NCBI GenBank assembly: GCA_951406725.2
Contig: OX597819.1
Span: 70,866,001-70,930,000 of the forward strand
Source of the DNA: Octopus vulgaris
Lineage: Eukaryota
Direction: 5' to 3'
DNA length: 64,000 bases
Part shown: piece after piece, positions 12,513-26,730 of the stretch
How the letters are laid out: every line of letters starts with the position of its first letter
Position numbering within the stretch: position 1 is the first letter of the stretch
Program-made: the position numbers and the translations under genes
Notes under the pieces: model-generated
What the model was told of the DNA's origin: nothing
The model's database searches: none
Seen by the model: the letters and a program-made list of their open reading frames with translations, nothing else

Positions 12513-14629
12513 ATTTGTATATTCCGGTTTGAGTCTGTTACTTGATACCCTCTCACTATATCATATTCCGGTGTTTTGAAAGGAAACAAAAACATTATTG
12601 TTGTTGTTATTATTGAGCTGGCAAAATAATTCACAGTATTCCTTCTGGCTTTCGTTCTGAGGTCAAATTCCGCCGAGGTCGATTTTGTCTTTCATCCCTT
12701 TGGAATCGATAAAATTCGTACCAATTGAGTACTTGGGTCGCTGTAATCAACTTAACCCCGCCCCTCAAAATGGTTGACATTGTTCCTAGAGTATTTTCAA
12801 TATCCTCTAAGGAAGATTTTGGAAGAAACTCTGCCACTGTTAGGAACACGGAAATATGCAGTTTTTGAGGCAAAGGGTGCTATAACCGGTTTATATGAAC
12901 TGGAATCTTATTTTTACCGACTGCAGATAAAAGAAAGAGAAAACCAACTGAGGATAGGATTTGAACACGAAACATCCTCACTAAATACTGCTCGAGCGTG
13001 ATAACCACATTTACCTTTTGGTGTGTGTGTGTGTGTGTGTACATATATATGTATAAGGTTTTTACCGTAGCAACAGTCACTTAATCTGTGAAAGATATCT
13101 CCAATTCATTTTATCTATCTCCTTTAAGTTCAAACAGACCTCTTTGTAATACAACATTGGCATAACTACACTTTCGTGCCCCCCCCCCCCCCCCCGCTTT
13201 TTTTCTTCATGAGTTTCTGTATAAAATCGTTTTTACTTAAATATAACTTTTGAAAACAACTGTTTTCAAGTGTGTATATTACGATTGTGTTGATAGTTTT
13301 TTTAAAAAAGTTTTGGATCATTCTCTCCTCATCCACACCCCTTGAGTATTTCCTCATAACTCATTACTTTAAAATGTATATTTTTTTAATGACATTTAAC
13401 AGAAATACGTTTCCAAAAAATTACATAATCTAAAATTTTAGAAAAATTTGTATCTGCAACCTCATGGCTGAAACAAAAGATTACGGAAATTGATGACAAC
13501 AAAGTCGGGAGCCAATACCCCACTCCTCCGATTTATCAATACGGTTTTAATCTACACCCTCGAAAACATCTCTCTCCATAATTTCATTTCAAGACATGCA
13601 TTTTTCAGAAAGTTATGAATCGGAGGATGGGGACTCTAATCTGTACTTATGTCGCTATAAATCTCTAGGCTATGTATTTCATTTAATCGACCTCGGAAGT
13701 TTAAAAGCCTTTCGTTTTTTGATGCATGATGATTCAAACAGCATTTCCACGATGTCGTTTTAACAGAATAATTATAAACCTAAACACGATTAAGTAATTG
13801 CTTCTTATGTTGTAGTGGCTACGTCCACCCATGGTTTTTAATTAAAGTCCTGTTTCATACCAAGACTTTTACCCCTCTGTCCTTTTCTCCCTCTCACGCT
13901 TCTTTCTTCTCTTCGTTTTTTCTATTTGTTTTTCTCTCTGTCCGTCTGTCTCTCTCTCCCCGCCTTTCTTCGTTCTGTCTTAGTTTATTTTCGTTTCCAT
14001 AGGTATGATGTATTTTTGAAGTAAAATAGCAGTCAATTGATATTTATAAATTTCTGAGCCTTAGGTAGTTATAACTGAAATTATTTAAAAGAAGACTAAA
14101 AACTTGTCTTGCAAAATCCAGGAGGAGGGGAAGAGGTTGTGACATTTCTACCTCTCCCAAGAGCTTTAATAATTTCAGGTATTTTTATGTAGAAATCGAA
14201 ATTGGGTCATACAGCCACCACATTCTAGGTTAGTTCATGTATTTCATCATCATCTGTACAAATCAACCCTCAATCATTACCTCATTTCATTGAATCTACC
14301 TAGACATACTTTTAATATTTTTGGTTCTTCATTCTTAGCATATATCGACTTCAATGGAATCTTTATTGGCTATGACCCATCTAATAATTTTCTTTCCGTG
14401 ATATATATTTTCCAGTCATTTTGATAAGTTACTACACCACACCCGCATTTCAATTAAAAAGAAACTCTAGTTGTCAGAAGCTCTGCTGCTGAGGTCAAAT
14501 AAGGCTGAAACATTCCTGGAGTTGTCCACACTCTAGTAAACTCATTCTCCTGAGTGCAGACACACACACACACACACACACATGTTTTATTTGGGGATTC
14601 CTGCTCCCTTTAGATTGCCCTCATCATTA

Positions 14630-15060
14630 AGGTTTACTTAAAATATATTGACTTGTTACCTCAAGTATACTTGCACTGACTTCACAAAGATTTATGCAGC
14701 ATGTATATCCTTGGGTAACTTTTCCCAGCCATTCTCCTTTCATAGTGTGTATGTATATACATGGAGGAATGTGCATATACATGTATATGCACCAGTTCTT
14801 TGGGGTTTCCTGCTTTAGTTGGGTAACTCTTGATGTGATTTTCAGTATGTATGTCTCACTCAGGTGTTCCATGTTTGGCATGGCCTTTATATGGCTTTTC
14901 ATCTTGTCAGATCACTTTGTAAAGTCTGCTGGGTGTATAGTTTAACCTACCATTGGCACCAGAAAGGACGAAGGTATTCCTCAATTCTGTATCAGTTCAT
15001 TGGAATTACTGCCCTGTTACATGGGCAGCTGGCGCCATCTACTGTGGTTCTTCATCTACA
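14630..15060 (-). mobile_element. Degenerate Gypsy-like integrase relic
   Basis: Fragments EEYLRPFWC, TLQSDL and GWEKLPKD occur in the order expected before and into a Gypsy integrase. Many stops and frameshifts. Confidence 0.4.
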
Positions 15061-16610
15061 TACATACATACATTTATAAATATATATATATATATATATA
15101 TATAATCAGGCATGTGCCATCAGTAATTACTCGGGGTAGGCAATTGGTGACCTTTATGTAGTAAAATGCAAAAAATAAGCAAAATACAGGCATGTAACTG
15201 AGTTGAAGGCAGATTTACCTCTGCTTTTATAGCACGTTAAGAAAATGTCGTCGTAGGAGTGTATGCAGCATGTCTACTACAACATTACTATGTGTAGCTT
15301 AAATACAGAGATTGAAAGGCAGGGGTGAATTTTGCCTACCTAATCTACAAAAACATAAAATATTTTGTATTTTATGCATAGTAATCAGAATAACCTTCAT
15401 AATTTTATTGAATTTGGTACATATTTTGCAATAAAAGGAAATGTTGCTATCGATCTATTTTATACAAGGTAAGCACTCCCGAGGTAGTGCGTCCCTGGTA
15501 TATATAATGTGTGTGTGTGTGTATATATATATATATACTTTTCTATTAAGGCACAAGGCCCAAAATTTTGGGTGAGGGGCCAGTCGATTAGATTGACCCC
15601 AGTACACAACTGATACTTAATTTATTGACCCCAAAAGGATGGAAGGCAAAGTCGACTTCAGCGGAATTTCATCTCAGAATGTAAAGACAGACAAAATACT
15701 GTTAAACATGTCACCTGGCGTGCTAATGGATGATTGCCTCATCTTGTCAGATGATAGCCATCTCTTCTTCAAATGATAATGAGACATCTGTACATCACTG
15801 GATCTAAGTAACAAAAGCTTATACAACCCTTTTGCCATTCTCTCGATTTGCCATAGTCAGTTCCAGTGACAAGCATTGCAAAATGACTGCAAGTTTCATA
15901 TCAGAGTATCTGTCTTCTAGAAGAGTTGCCTTCCCCATGGTTTTCTCAAAATAACAGGAGCTTCCTCCACCTCTGGGAAATCTATTTAACCCATAGACTG
16001 GTGTTACTATTCTGGGTCAGAACAGACATGGGAGTAATGGTAATTAAGGGGTGACTCCAAGCTCCCCAGCAGCTCCAGAACTCTCAAACTGGAACCTCAC
16101 CATCAGAGGCAGTTTAATGTCATGCATGTACAATTATATTTTATGTTCATGTACACGTGGATGTGGGCAGACCTTTTGCTGTGGAAATAGTCTCAAGAGA
16201 AAATTTTGTCCCAGACAATATGTGTGGAAGCACATTGGGCAATGTCATATGACCATCGGATGCATGTATTTCTGTATCATTGCACTTCATCAGTAACAAT
16301 TACAGAGTCCTTCTTCCACAGCCCCATAAGAATGGTTGGTGCAGCCTACTGGTTTGCCAGTCCTCAATCAAACTGTTCAACTCATGCCAGCATGGAAAAC
16401 GGATGTTAAACAATGATGATGATGATATAAGAATTGTAAATAGTAAATATATTTGTTGATGTGTGCAAAGCTTGATCAAGCTGGAATTGACTTGAGTCAC
16501 ACAAAGTCGACCTCAATTGGATTTTAACTCAGAACATGAAAGTGTGTAATTAAATGCAGTAAAGTATTATGATACGTGCTATATCCTTTCTACTAGCCAT
16601 CATTTCTTGA

Positions 16611-16880
16611 AGGCATGTGGCTGAGTTGTTAGGAGTATTTAGCTTATGCTTATAAGGTCCTGAGTTCGATTCCCAGTGCTGCATTGTATCCATGAGCAAG
16701 ACACTTTATTTCACGTTGCTCCAGTCCACTCAGCTGGCAAAAAAATGAGCTGTACCTGTATTTCAAAGGACCAATCTCGTGACATTCTCTGTCACGCTGA
16801 ATCTCTCTGAGAACTATGTTAATGGTACATGGTCGTGCGTTTGATCGGATCAACTGGAACCCTCGTAACTGACGGAGCAC
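16611..16880 (+). mobile_element. tRNA-headed SINE family D (core CTCCAGTCCACTCAGCTG)
   Basis: A/B-box-like head TGGCTGAGTTGTTAG...GAGTTCGATTCC. Related copies near 18430(-), 40310(+), 40970(-), 61700(-). Confidence 0.7.
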
Positions 16881-17600
16881 CAGGTTTTCTAGTTTCGTTA
16901 GCCACCACCACCACCATCGTTAATGTCAACGTTTTTGATGCCATATTTCTGTTGAAAATCACTGCATTTGTCTTAAGTTTAGAAATAATAATGGAAATAT
17001 ATGCATGTACAATTATATTTAACACATTTACATAGAATCGGACGTGGGAAGACAAGGGAAATGTCTATATCTAACACTCCTAGAATGAATTTTTCTCTAG
17101 TAATAGCAATAGCCTATGACCTCAGTGAATTGAGGTCTTCCAATTCACAGCTATATTACATATGTGAGACTCTGCTGTACATAAGTATATTTAGAAGCAA
17201 AATATTTCACTCTCCAAAATATTTCACCTTGGCCATATTATTGACTTTGTAGAGTTATATACACATGTAAATTCCACTCTTATAAGTACTGAAAAATGGT
17301 TGCAATATTTTTTAAAAAGTTAGAAAGAAAATTAATATTAGATATAAAACAGTAAATCAAAAAGGAAAAAAGCTAACAAACATGTGTGGGTGTAAGGTGA
17401 TTAGTATGCATTCCTGTTTTCCTCAGGAGCATTGAAGCAGACGAGGCAATTTAGAATTTAGGTTTGAAGCAAAGAGCCTGACTTGCCTTGAGATATCACC
17501 TTCAAACATTTCGGTTTGCTTATAGTTGAAGGTAACTCAGAAAACTCTATAGGATCATTTGACTTGCTAGAAATAGCAGCAGTGATGGTACTACATAAAA

Positions 17601-18325
17601 AATATTGGTGATGGTGCCACATAAGGAGTATTGGTGACGGTGCCACATAAAGAGTATTGGTGACGGTGCCACATAAAGAGTATTGGTGACGGTGCCACAT
17701 AAAGAGTATTGGTGACGGTGCCACATAAAGAGTATTGGTGACGGTGTCACATAAAGAGTATTGGTGACGGTGCCACATGAAGAGTATTGGTGACGGTACC
17801 ACATTAAGAGTATTGGTGACGGTGCCACATAAAGAGTATTGGTGACGGTGCCACATAAGAGTATTGGTGACGGTGCCACATAAAGAGTATTGGTGACGGT
17901 GCCACATAAAGAGTATTGGTGACGGTGCCACATAAAGAGTATTGGTGACGGTGCCACATAAAGAGTATTGGTGACGGTGTCACATAAAGAGTATTGGTGA
18001 CGGTGCCACATAAAGAGTATTGGTGACGGTGCCACATAAAGAGTATTGGTGACGGTGCCACATAAAGAGTATTGGTGACGGTGCCACATAAAGAGTATTG
18101 GTGACGGTGCCACATAAAGAGTATTGGTGACGGTGCCACATAAAGAGTATTGGTGACGGTGCCACATAAAGAGTATTGGTGACGGTGCCACATAAAGAGT
18201 ATTGGTGACGGTGCCACATAAAGAGTATTGGTGACGGTGCCTCATAAAGAGTATTGGTGACGGTGCCTCATAAAGATTATTGGTGACGGTGCCACATAAA
18301 GAGTATTGGTGATGGTGCAATGTAA
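17601..18325. repeat. 26-bp minisatellite (GAGTATTGGTGACGGTGCCACATAAA), about 28 copies
   Basis: Direct tandem array with no spacers and few variants. It runs into a family C SINE core. Confidence 0.97.
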
Positions 18326-18944
18326 AAAGCACCCAGTACATTCTGTGAAGTGGCTGGTGTTAGGAAGGGCATCAAGCTGTAGAATAATGTTTCCTTCCCA
18401 AGCCATGCCAGGCTCATGAGGGCTGGTTGCCTGGTTTCAGTGGCGTATATATTCCTCACCTGGATAGGACGCTGGTCTGTTGCAGGGTTATTCATTTTTG
18501 CCAGCTGAGTGGACTGGAGCAACGTGAAATGAGGGGTTTTGCTCAAGAACACAGCACATTGCCCGGTCCAAGAATTGAAACCACAATCTTACAATCATGA
18601 GTCCAGCACCCCTACCACATGCCTCCACTCCTCCAGCTGTAGAAAAAATGCCAAAATAAACACTGGAATCTGACACAGCTCTTGTCCTTACCAACTCCTG
18701 TCAAACCATTCCGCCTATGCCACCATGGAAGACAGGCATTAAATGATGACTGATGAATCTGTGTGCCTCAACAGAAATATGGTAACAAAGGGTTTAGCCT
18801 TTTTCCTACCATCCTGCCTGACAACACTTTTGGTTCTCCAATACAAACTTCCTGTTTTAAAGTGTTCTGAATTAAAACCTGCCATCAAAAATTGCATGTT
18901 ATGTTCCAAACTCCAGCTTGATAATGACTAAATTATTTTACTAA

Positions 18945-19260
18945 ATCCTGGTGGCACGTGAACAAAACATTTGAGCAAGGTTGTTGCCACTGCCGCTGGA
19001 CTGACTCCTGTGCAGGTGGCACGTAAAAACCACCACTTGAGCGTGGTTGTTGACAGTACCATCTGACTGGCCCTCGTGCCAGTGGCACTTAAAAACACCC
19101 ACTATACTCTCGGAGTGGTTGGCGTTAGGAATGGCATCCAGCTGTAGAAACTCTGCCAGATCAGATTGGAGCCTGGTGCAGCCATCTGGTTCGCCAGTCC
19201 TCAATCAAATCGTCCAACCCACGCTAGCATGGAAAGGGGAGATAACGATGATGATGATGA
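18945..19260 (+). mobile_element. SINE-like family C (core GTGGTTGGCGTTAGGAAGGGCATCCAGCTGTAGAAA, (GAT)n tail, tandem 5' units)
   Basis: Core and tail recur near 21700-22147, 25950-26220, 29800-29965, 34480-34700(-), 35680-36040, 47253-47710, 48310-48535, 53000-53345(-), 58445-58625. Confidence 0.8.
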
Positions 19261-20246
19261 TAATTGACAGTGATGTTCATTTACAGCTGTTGTTCAATGT
19301 CAACAAAATCACATACTTACACGTGTATGCATATGTGTATAGAACAAAACTTTTGTTGTCTTGGGAGAGTCATTCTGTTTTAATGCCTTATTAATTAACA
19401 CACTCACCAGTTCAATTTCCACTCATTTAGTATTTTTCTTCTAAAATTTTCATTGTGTCTTTCGACCTCTTCAATTGTTGTTGATTCTGTCCATTATTGG
19501 AGCTGTGTTCTTTTTGTTTGTGTGCATCAGTGTGCATGTGTATTCACATATGTAAGCAGGTGTGTGTATGCATGTATATGTGTGTGTATGAATATTTGTA
19601 CCTTTGTATGTATTCTACACATTCACCTGTTTGTGTGACTGTACATGCCTCTATTATGTATGCATGTTTGTCTCCATGTGTCCTTGTGTGTGTGTATATG
19701 GTCATGTCTTACTGTCTCTTTTTGTGTATGTATGTGTGTTTGTGTGTGCTTGTCTGTCCATATTACCTGTGTACCTATCTGTCTACTTATTTATCTGTTT
19801 ACCTACATATCCATTTACCTACCTATTTGCCTACATAACAGCTTGCTAACAAATCTACCTGTGTATGTATAAACTGTAGGTATTGGGGTATCACTACCTT
19901 CTATGTGTGTCTCCTATTTAGTATGGGGGATATTTCATTTATGAGGACTTACTCCTGTATTTATCTGAGTGTTGGGTCCCTTGGGTGTTTGGATAAAATG
20001 CAGATGTCAAGCTGACCCAGTGTGCTTCCATGTTGGTTTTTGGCATGTTGGTAGAGTATGGAGGACTATCTTTTGTCTTCATATTGTTTCAAATGTTCAT
20101 TTATCCTCTCTACAATGCTTCTAGATGTCTCTCCAATGTATGTCATGTTCTTGTCTTTACACGCACCCTCTTAAACAAAAATATTATCAACAGTGACTCT
20201 GATGGCTGAAACTTTGAAGTCACTGTCAGTAATATTCTTCTTTTAA

Positions 20247-20758
20247 CCCATTGCCTGCCATGAGCCCCATTTGGGAGTCTACTAAAAACAGTCTCACTGC
20301 CAGTTGTTCATTGTATTTAAAATGAATTGCTTATGTACATTGTATTTGCAGAGATTTGTTTAACAATATTTAGTAGTTAGTTTGTCATTAGCAGCTCTGG
20401 CTAATTCCAAAGGACATTTTATGTCATAAATTGCAATTTTTGAACTACAAAAAATATTGACTATTTTGAAAAAGTTTTTTTTCTTTGCATTTCCCATCTA
20501 TTATATCATTCATTGATATTTCATGCACATTCACATTTGATACTCTAGTTTAAAAAAAAAAATGTTTATTATTGCAATTGAATAGAAAAGGATAAATATG
20601 CTTTTTTTCAGCGATCCCCATTTGAGACTTTTCGAAAAAATTTATAATTTCCAAAATAATTCACATACAAAGAAAATCTAAATACTATATATTATTTCAA
20701 CTCCTAAGACACCTGGCAAAGCCAAAAAATATGAATAAAAAATTTGGCAGTTAATGGG
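20247..20758. mobile_element. piggyBac-like MITE with TTAA flanks
   Basis: TTAA-CCCATTgcCTGCCA...TGGCAGttAATGGG-TTAA. Confidence 0.8.
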
Positions 20759-20797
20759 TTAAGTTTAATAAAATTATACTCTACAAAAGTAGAAGAG

Positions 20798-21010
20798 TAG
20801 TGGTTCTCGGCCATTTTTTTTGCCTATGGACACCTTTGATTACTTGGATGTATTGTCCTTGTCATTCAATGTATATAAAAGACATCTTAATATATTTTTG
20901 TAACCAAATATTATAAGGAATTGTATTAAAAAATCTATCGTAGGTGTTTAAGCTATTTATTGCTCATAAATTTTAACAAAATCTTATATGGACCCAGCTG
21001 AGAACCATTG
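20798..21010. mobile_element. hAT-like MITE
   Basis: Ends TAGTGGTTCTCGGC / GCTGAGAACCATTG; TSD degenerate. Confidence 0.65.
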
Positions 21011-21023
21011 GTATAGACTAACC

Positions 21024-21166
21024 CAGTCGTTGCCAACCTTTTCACTACCAAGGACCCATTTTATATAAATGAGTTTTCCCACAGGCCCCAGGATATTGAA
21101 AGGTCGGTTAGCTTAATATGTTCATGGACCACCAGGGGTCTGTGAACCACAGGTTGGGAACCACTG
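21024..21166. mobile_element. hAT (Charlie-type) MITE with 8-bp TSD
   Basis: TIRs CAGTCGTTGCCAACCT / AGGTTGGGAACCACTG. Flanks GACTAACC and GACCAACC are 7/8 identical. Confidence 0.85.
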
Positions 21167-22149
21167 GACCAACCCATCAGATTAATGTAAAACTGTCTTT
21201 ATTATAACTGAACATAAACAAATGTTAACAGTATATATATATATATATACACACTCACACACACACAAATACATGCATGCACAAACGTATATTTATAATC
21301 TACCCAATCCATTGACTAAAAGACATTTGCCCACCTTGTAGTGGGATTGAACTTGAAACCATATGGTTGGCAAGTGAACTGCTTAACCACACATCCATGC
21401 CTGTACCCATTGGAAATATACATAAATTTAATGAGCAAATTAATAAAAATGGGAATAAAACTAAACCCTTAATTTAGGGAAGGACCACATAAATTTAGTA
21501 AATTTCCCTTAGGACCTGAATTATTAAATATATTTGAATTTGTTTGAGAGTAAATCTCTTTATTTCAAAGAGTTTCTCCCTAATGACTAATTACTTTGGA
21601 TAATGTTTCTAAGTATTACTCTTTTGATTTTAATTAGGAAATTTAAGTACCCTGCATTTCTTTTATTGATTTTCTTTCTGTTTTATATGTATCAAAATCA
21701 AATCAGAGCACAATCAAATGGAAATTGTAGTTGTGGCTGATGCCAACGTTGCCTGTCTGTCTCCCCATGCCGGTGGCATGTAAAAAGCACCATCCAAATG
21801 TTGTCGATACCAGCTCCCTTGCCCCAACTGGCTCCCATGCTGGTGGCACATAAAAGCACCGTCCAAATGTGGTCAATGCCAGCCCCCTCTGGCTCCTGTG
21901 TTGGTGGCACGTAAAAGCACCATCCAGACATGGTTGATGTCAGCCCAGTGTGGCCCCTGTGCCAGTAGCACATAAAAAGTACCCACTACACTCTTGGAGT
22001 GATTGGGTATCCAGCTGTAGAAACATTGCCAGATCAGATTGGTACCTGGTACAGCCTCCTGGCTTCCCAGACCCCCCCACCCGCCAGTTGAACCATCCAA
22101 CCCATGCCACCATGGAAAACAGATGTTAAACTATGATGATGATGATGTA

Positions 22150-22363
22150 TTGTGTTGGTGCATAATTATTGCAGCTTTTTTTCAATAAATTTTATCCAAC
22201 AAAAACAATAACATATTTAACAAAAACATCTTTAAATGATGGTCTGACCGTCTGCCAAGCAAATGGGAAGCAGTAATTGAAGTAGATGGTGAATATGCTC
22301 CGGAATAATTATTTAAAGATGGTTTTGTTGAAAAAAAGCCACAATAATAATGCACCAACTCAA
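22150..22363 (+). mobile_element. Internally deleted mariner (MITE) with TA flanks
   Basis: TIRs TTGTGTTGGTGCATAATTATTG / CAATAATAATGCACCAACTCAA, TA on both sides, internal KWEAVIEVDGEY...* transposase end. Confidence 0.85.
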
Positions 22364-22506
22364 TATATAAATATTTGTTTTGCTATCATGGGTAGATTAT
22401 TTTATTTTTTTAAAGTGTTTTTACATCTAAATACCATGACCCTGTTGCTAACCATTGACATATATGATGGTGGTTTTGATGTATTTCCTCATCCTTTACA
22501 TATTAA

Positions 22507-22726
22507 CCCTTTTGTTACCTTATTTCTGTTGAGATGCTCTGTGTTTCTTTCAATTACTTTAAATATAACAAAGAATTTAGTAAAATAACTTAGTTATCAT
22601 TCAGCTAGTGTTAGGAATGTAAATTTTGACTAAGGTTTGGTGGAAGATTTTTATTAAAAACTTATGGAAACAAGACATTTGTACTCAAAGCCAGAGCCAG
22701 TTTCAGCCGGGTTGGTAACAAAGGGG
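22507..22726. mobile_element. piggyBac-like MITE family 2 with TTAA flanks
   Basis: TTAA-CCCTTTTGTTACC...GGTAACAAAGGGG-TTAA. Relatives at 24883-25095, about 35140-35362 and about 42770-43293. Confidence 0.85.
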
Positions 22727-24139
22727 TTAAGGAGATCATTAGACTTCAACTTCATGCAGTGTATCAAGGGCAGATGATTGTAGCAATGGTTGGATTTAGT
22801 CTCAGTATTGAAAGCAAAGTAAAACACTCAGTAATCATACAATGCTCCTACTGACACTTGAGATCTATTTACAGTTAATTTGATTTGCACTAGTGTGAGT
22901 TCAGTGCCCTGCTTTTAGTTTGAGAATCAGATATGAATGGTGGATACGTTGACCAATATTTTGATGTTATTTGGTTTTCTGTAATGTATCGTCATCATTT
23001 TAATGTTCATTTTTCCATGCTTGCATGGGTCAGATGAAGTATTTTTCTTAGGCAAATGTTCTACAGCCAAATACCCCCTGTTGCCAACCCGCACCTATTT
23101 TCAAGTGAGGCAACATTTCCCCAGGGCCACAGATTATTGGAAATGAAGGACACTGCTTGTACGATAGCGATACTCATTTACAGCTATCGTTGTATCAAGA
23201 CAGGGAGATGGAGACACACACTCATGCATGAACACACTCACTCATGCATGCACTCACATGCAGTCACACACACATACACCCACTCACACACTTGTACATG
23301 CGCTCACGCACACAAGCACACTCACGCACACATGCACACTCACATACACACTCTTTCGCCTCTTCTCAAATCCAGCTGAATGTTTTATCCACAGCTGTGA
23401 ACACTTCTCTCAACATAGACACAAGGACACCAAAAGCTCTGATTCCACTTTTTTTCACATCACCACCATTTTTACAGTCTTCATTGGTTTGAGGAAATCC
23501 TATTCCATTTGTTTTATTGCTTCTTTTGATCTTTACTTCCTCTTTCTCTTCTAGATTTCTGAATGCCATCATCATCATCATCTAATGTCTGGCTTCAATG
23601 CTGACATGGGATGCATGGTTCTACAAAGTTTGACAAGTTGCAAAATTATATCATGTGCACCAATATCTACTTTGGCATGGCTTTTTTTTTTGCAGGATGC
23701 CCTTCCTAATGCCCACCATTAACGCCTGATTTCAGTTATGTAAATAACGAAATATAACTGTTTAGAATTTAGATGGCCATATCTGGCGTGAATATTCTTC
23801 TTGTTTTATGTTCAAACCAACTAGAACTGGCTTCTCTCACCTACCCTACAATGTCACTCATAAAATAATTGTATCAAAATCTCAAAGCTGCTAGATAATG
23901 CTTAATTGGATTTAAAACGGTGTGAATGAATAAGTATTACGTTTGACAGAAAAGCCTGAATGCTAAAGGGTTAACCTCTTTAGACACCAACCTACCAGAG
24001 CCTGGGACCTTTCTGTTTTAAACTGATTTGAATTGAAATCTTTTATCAAAATCTCGTGTTTATGTTCCAAACACCAGCTTAATAACGACTGCTATTTATT
24101 AAATCATTATTATTTTCTAAATTAATTGAAACAAAGACA

Positions 24140-24320
24140 TATGAAGGGATGCTGAAAAGTTCCTGGCTTTAAGGGTTTTGCAAAATTCCTGGTTGGAGGG
24201 CTTAGAAAAACTGATGGACTGCTGCAATAAATGTGTGAATCTGAGAGGGGAATATGTTGAATAAAATCATAACTAACTGATCCTCCTGTATTTTCTTTTA
24301 CCCAAAGCCAGGAACTACTT
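24140..24320 (+). mobile_element. Internally deleted mariner (MITE)
   Basis: TIR core AGTTCCTGGCTTT / AAAGCCAGGAACT; internal GLEKLMDCCNKCVNLRGEYVE*. Confidence 0.8.
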
Positions 24321-24882
24321 TGATAACCAGCTTTCTCCCAGTTTCATGGTTCTTTTTGTCCTTTTCTTCTCAGCTGTAAAGATTGACACCTACTTTTCTG
24401 ATGCAGTTGGTGGAAGGAGAGTGAGGCACAAATCTGTCTTCACCTGGGCCTACAAGAAGAACACTTGTGGCACCGCCTGAACTTGACCTTTTAATCTCTA
24501 GTATAACATCTTATCTTTGTAAGCCATGTACTACTACTTATTGCCCCTCATGAGGAGGGAGACTAAATATTTTACCTCCTACTCCAAATAGTTATCAGTT
24601 GCTGTGTAATTAAGTCAATACATTGTTTAAATGAAACTAGTAGCTTAAGTTCAGTTATCTTACAATGAATCACATGCAATCTCTTAATGCTTACTTTGTA
24701 GTCTCAACATGAAACCAACATTTTTTGGTTTTTTGTTTTTCTTTTTTTCTGTTGAAATTCACACCTTTTGTTTCAATTAATTTTGGTAATAGTGAATTTA
24801 GTAAAATATCTTAATTATTAATCTGGTGAGTGAAACAAAAAAAAAATGTTTTATTTTGATATAAGTTGTTGGATCACTTTAA

Positions 24883-25095
24883 CCCTTTAGTTACCATATT
24901 TCTGTCAAAATACACTGATTCTATTTCAGTTAATTTTGAAAATGATAATTTACTAAAATAACTTCGTCTTAATTAAGCTGGTATTTGGAACATAAAATGA
25001 AATTTTGATGGGAGGCTTAAATTTAGATTACTTTAAAATGAGAAGTTTGTAGCATAGAACCAGAGGTCATCTGAGGCAGGTTGGTATGAAAAGGG
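24883..25095. mobile_element. piggyBac-like MITE family 2 copy
   Basis: TTAA-CCCTTTAGTTACC...GGTATGAAAAGGG-TTAA. Confidence 0.8.
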
Positions 25096-26730
25096 TTAAA
25101 AACCTTTTTATGCTAGAATTTTTCTTCAAAAGTTAGCAATTTTGGTTTGTGCTGCAGTATCTTACAATTGAAATTCTCTTGGTGGTAGATATAATTTATT
25201 GTCTGGTTTGATACTACCATCTGGCATTTGGGTACCTTTATATGTTTGGTTTATTGAAATAAGTACCAGAAATGGATTGGGTCTCGTAATCTATAAAAAT
25301 TTGCCACTTGGGTATTTCACAGGAACATAACATGGCCATAAATTTCTTCAGAGTAATTGTGGAATTACACTTGAGAGAATTCTAAAATTCAACTTTGCAC
25401 CAGTGTCTCTTCTAAACTGGTATATTATTCATCCTCCTCCTCTTTGTTTTAGCATCCACTTTTCCATGCTTGCATGGGTTGGATAGATTTTATTTAGACA
25501 GATTTTCTATAGTCATATATCCTTCCTGTTGCCAAGCAAAGTAATGTTTCCCCATGGCCAGACATGTTTCTGCAGAATATTGGAAGTAAATGACATTGCC
25601 TGTATGACAGTGATACTCATTTACAACTATCACATGATGTCAAAAATAGGAGACACTAACACACACACATACACAAAATTACAGGTTTTTCAGTTTCTGT
25701 CTACCGAATCCTTTCACAAGTCTTTGGTAGTCCTGGGGTTGTATTGGAAGACACTTGCCCTAGGTACCATGCAGTGGAACTGCATGGTACCTAGAGCAAG
25801 TGTCTTAAAGCAGTATCATTGGGAAGCAAACTGCTCAATCATGCAGCCACATCTGTACCTATTAGATTGTCTTATCTATTAGATAAATTCTGTTGCAGTG
25901 CATATTTATTTGGATTAGTATATTTAAAACATATGAATAATTTTGACAAACTTTGGCTCCTGTGCCGGCGGCATGTAAAAAGCACCATTCGAGCATGGTC
26001 GATGCCAGTGCTGCCCAACTGGTCCCTATGCTGGTGGCATCTAAAAATCACCCACTACACTCTCAAAGTGGTTGGCATTAGGAAAGGCATCCAGCTGTAG
26101 AAACCTTGTCAGATCAAACTGGTGCCTGGTGCAGCCTCTTGGTTTGCCAATCCCCCATCAAACCATTTAACCCATGCTAGCATGGAAAGCGGATGTTAAA
26201 TGAGGATGAAGATGACAATGATGAATATTTACACCAGCACTTAATTGAAGAGTAGTTTTCTTTGTCTTGGTCACCTGACTAATGCTGGTGCTACAAAAAG
26301 AAGAAAAAGAAAAAAAACCCAGTACACTCAGTAGACTGGATGGTGCTAGGAAGCTATAGAAATGATGCCAGATCAAATACTGGAGTTCAATGATGGTCTT
26401 TGACTCATTAGGTTCTGTCAATTTGTCCAAACCATGCCAACATGGGAAGCAGGCATTAAGCGATGATAATGATCTTATAAATACTGGTGTTATTAGGTTT
26501 ATATAGCCAAAAGGTTAGGAAGTTCATTCTGCAACCACGAGGTCTCGGGCTGCTTCGTATCTTGGCAAATATTGTTTTACTATGGCGTTTAGTCTCCTCA
26601 GACCTTGTGAGTGAAATTGGTTTGACAGAAACTGTGTGGAAGCTCGCCAGGTGTCTATTAGCTCAAAAGATACATAACTGTCACATGCAATGTATAATGC
26701 TGACCCTCCCTAAGAATTATGTTAACAGTA

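Noticed and set aside
8037-12634. [12 protein letters not shown]-rich ORFs here and at 19450-19870 and 31130-31916
   Set aside because: Dinucleotide microsatellite translations.
17601-18325. CRISPR-like array, or the 264-aa repeat ORF (17547-18341)
   Set aside because: Units are directly adjacent with no unique spacers, there are no cas genes, and the context is a eukaryotic intron. The ORFs are just the 26-bp unit lacking stops on one strand.
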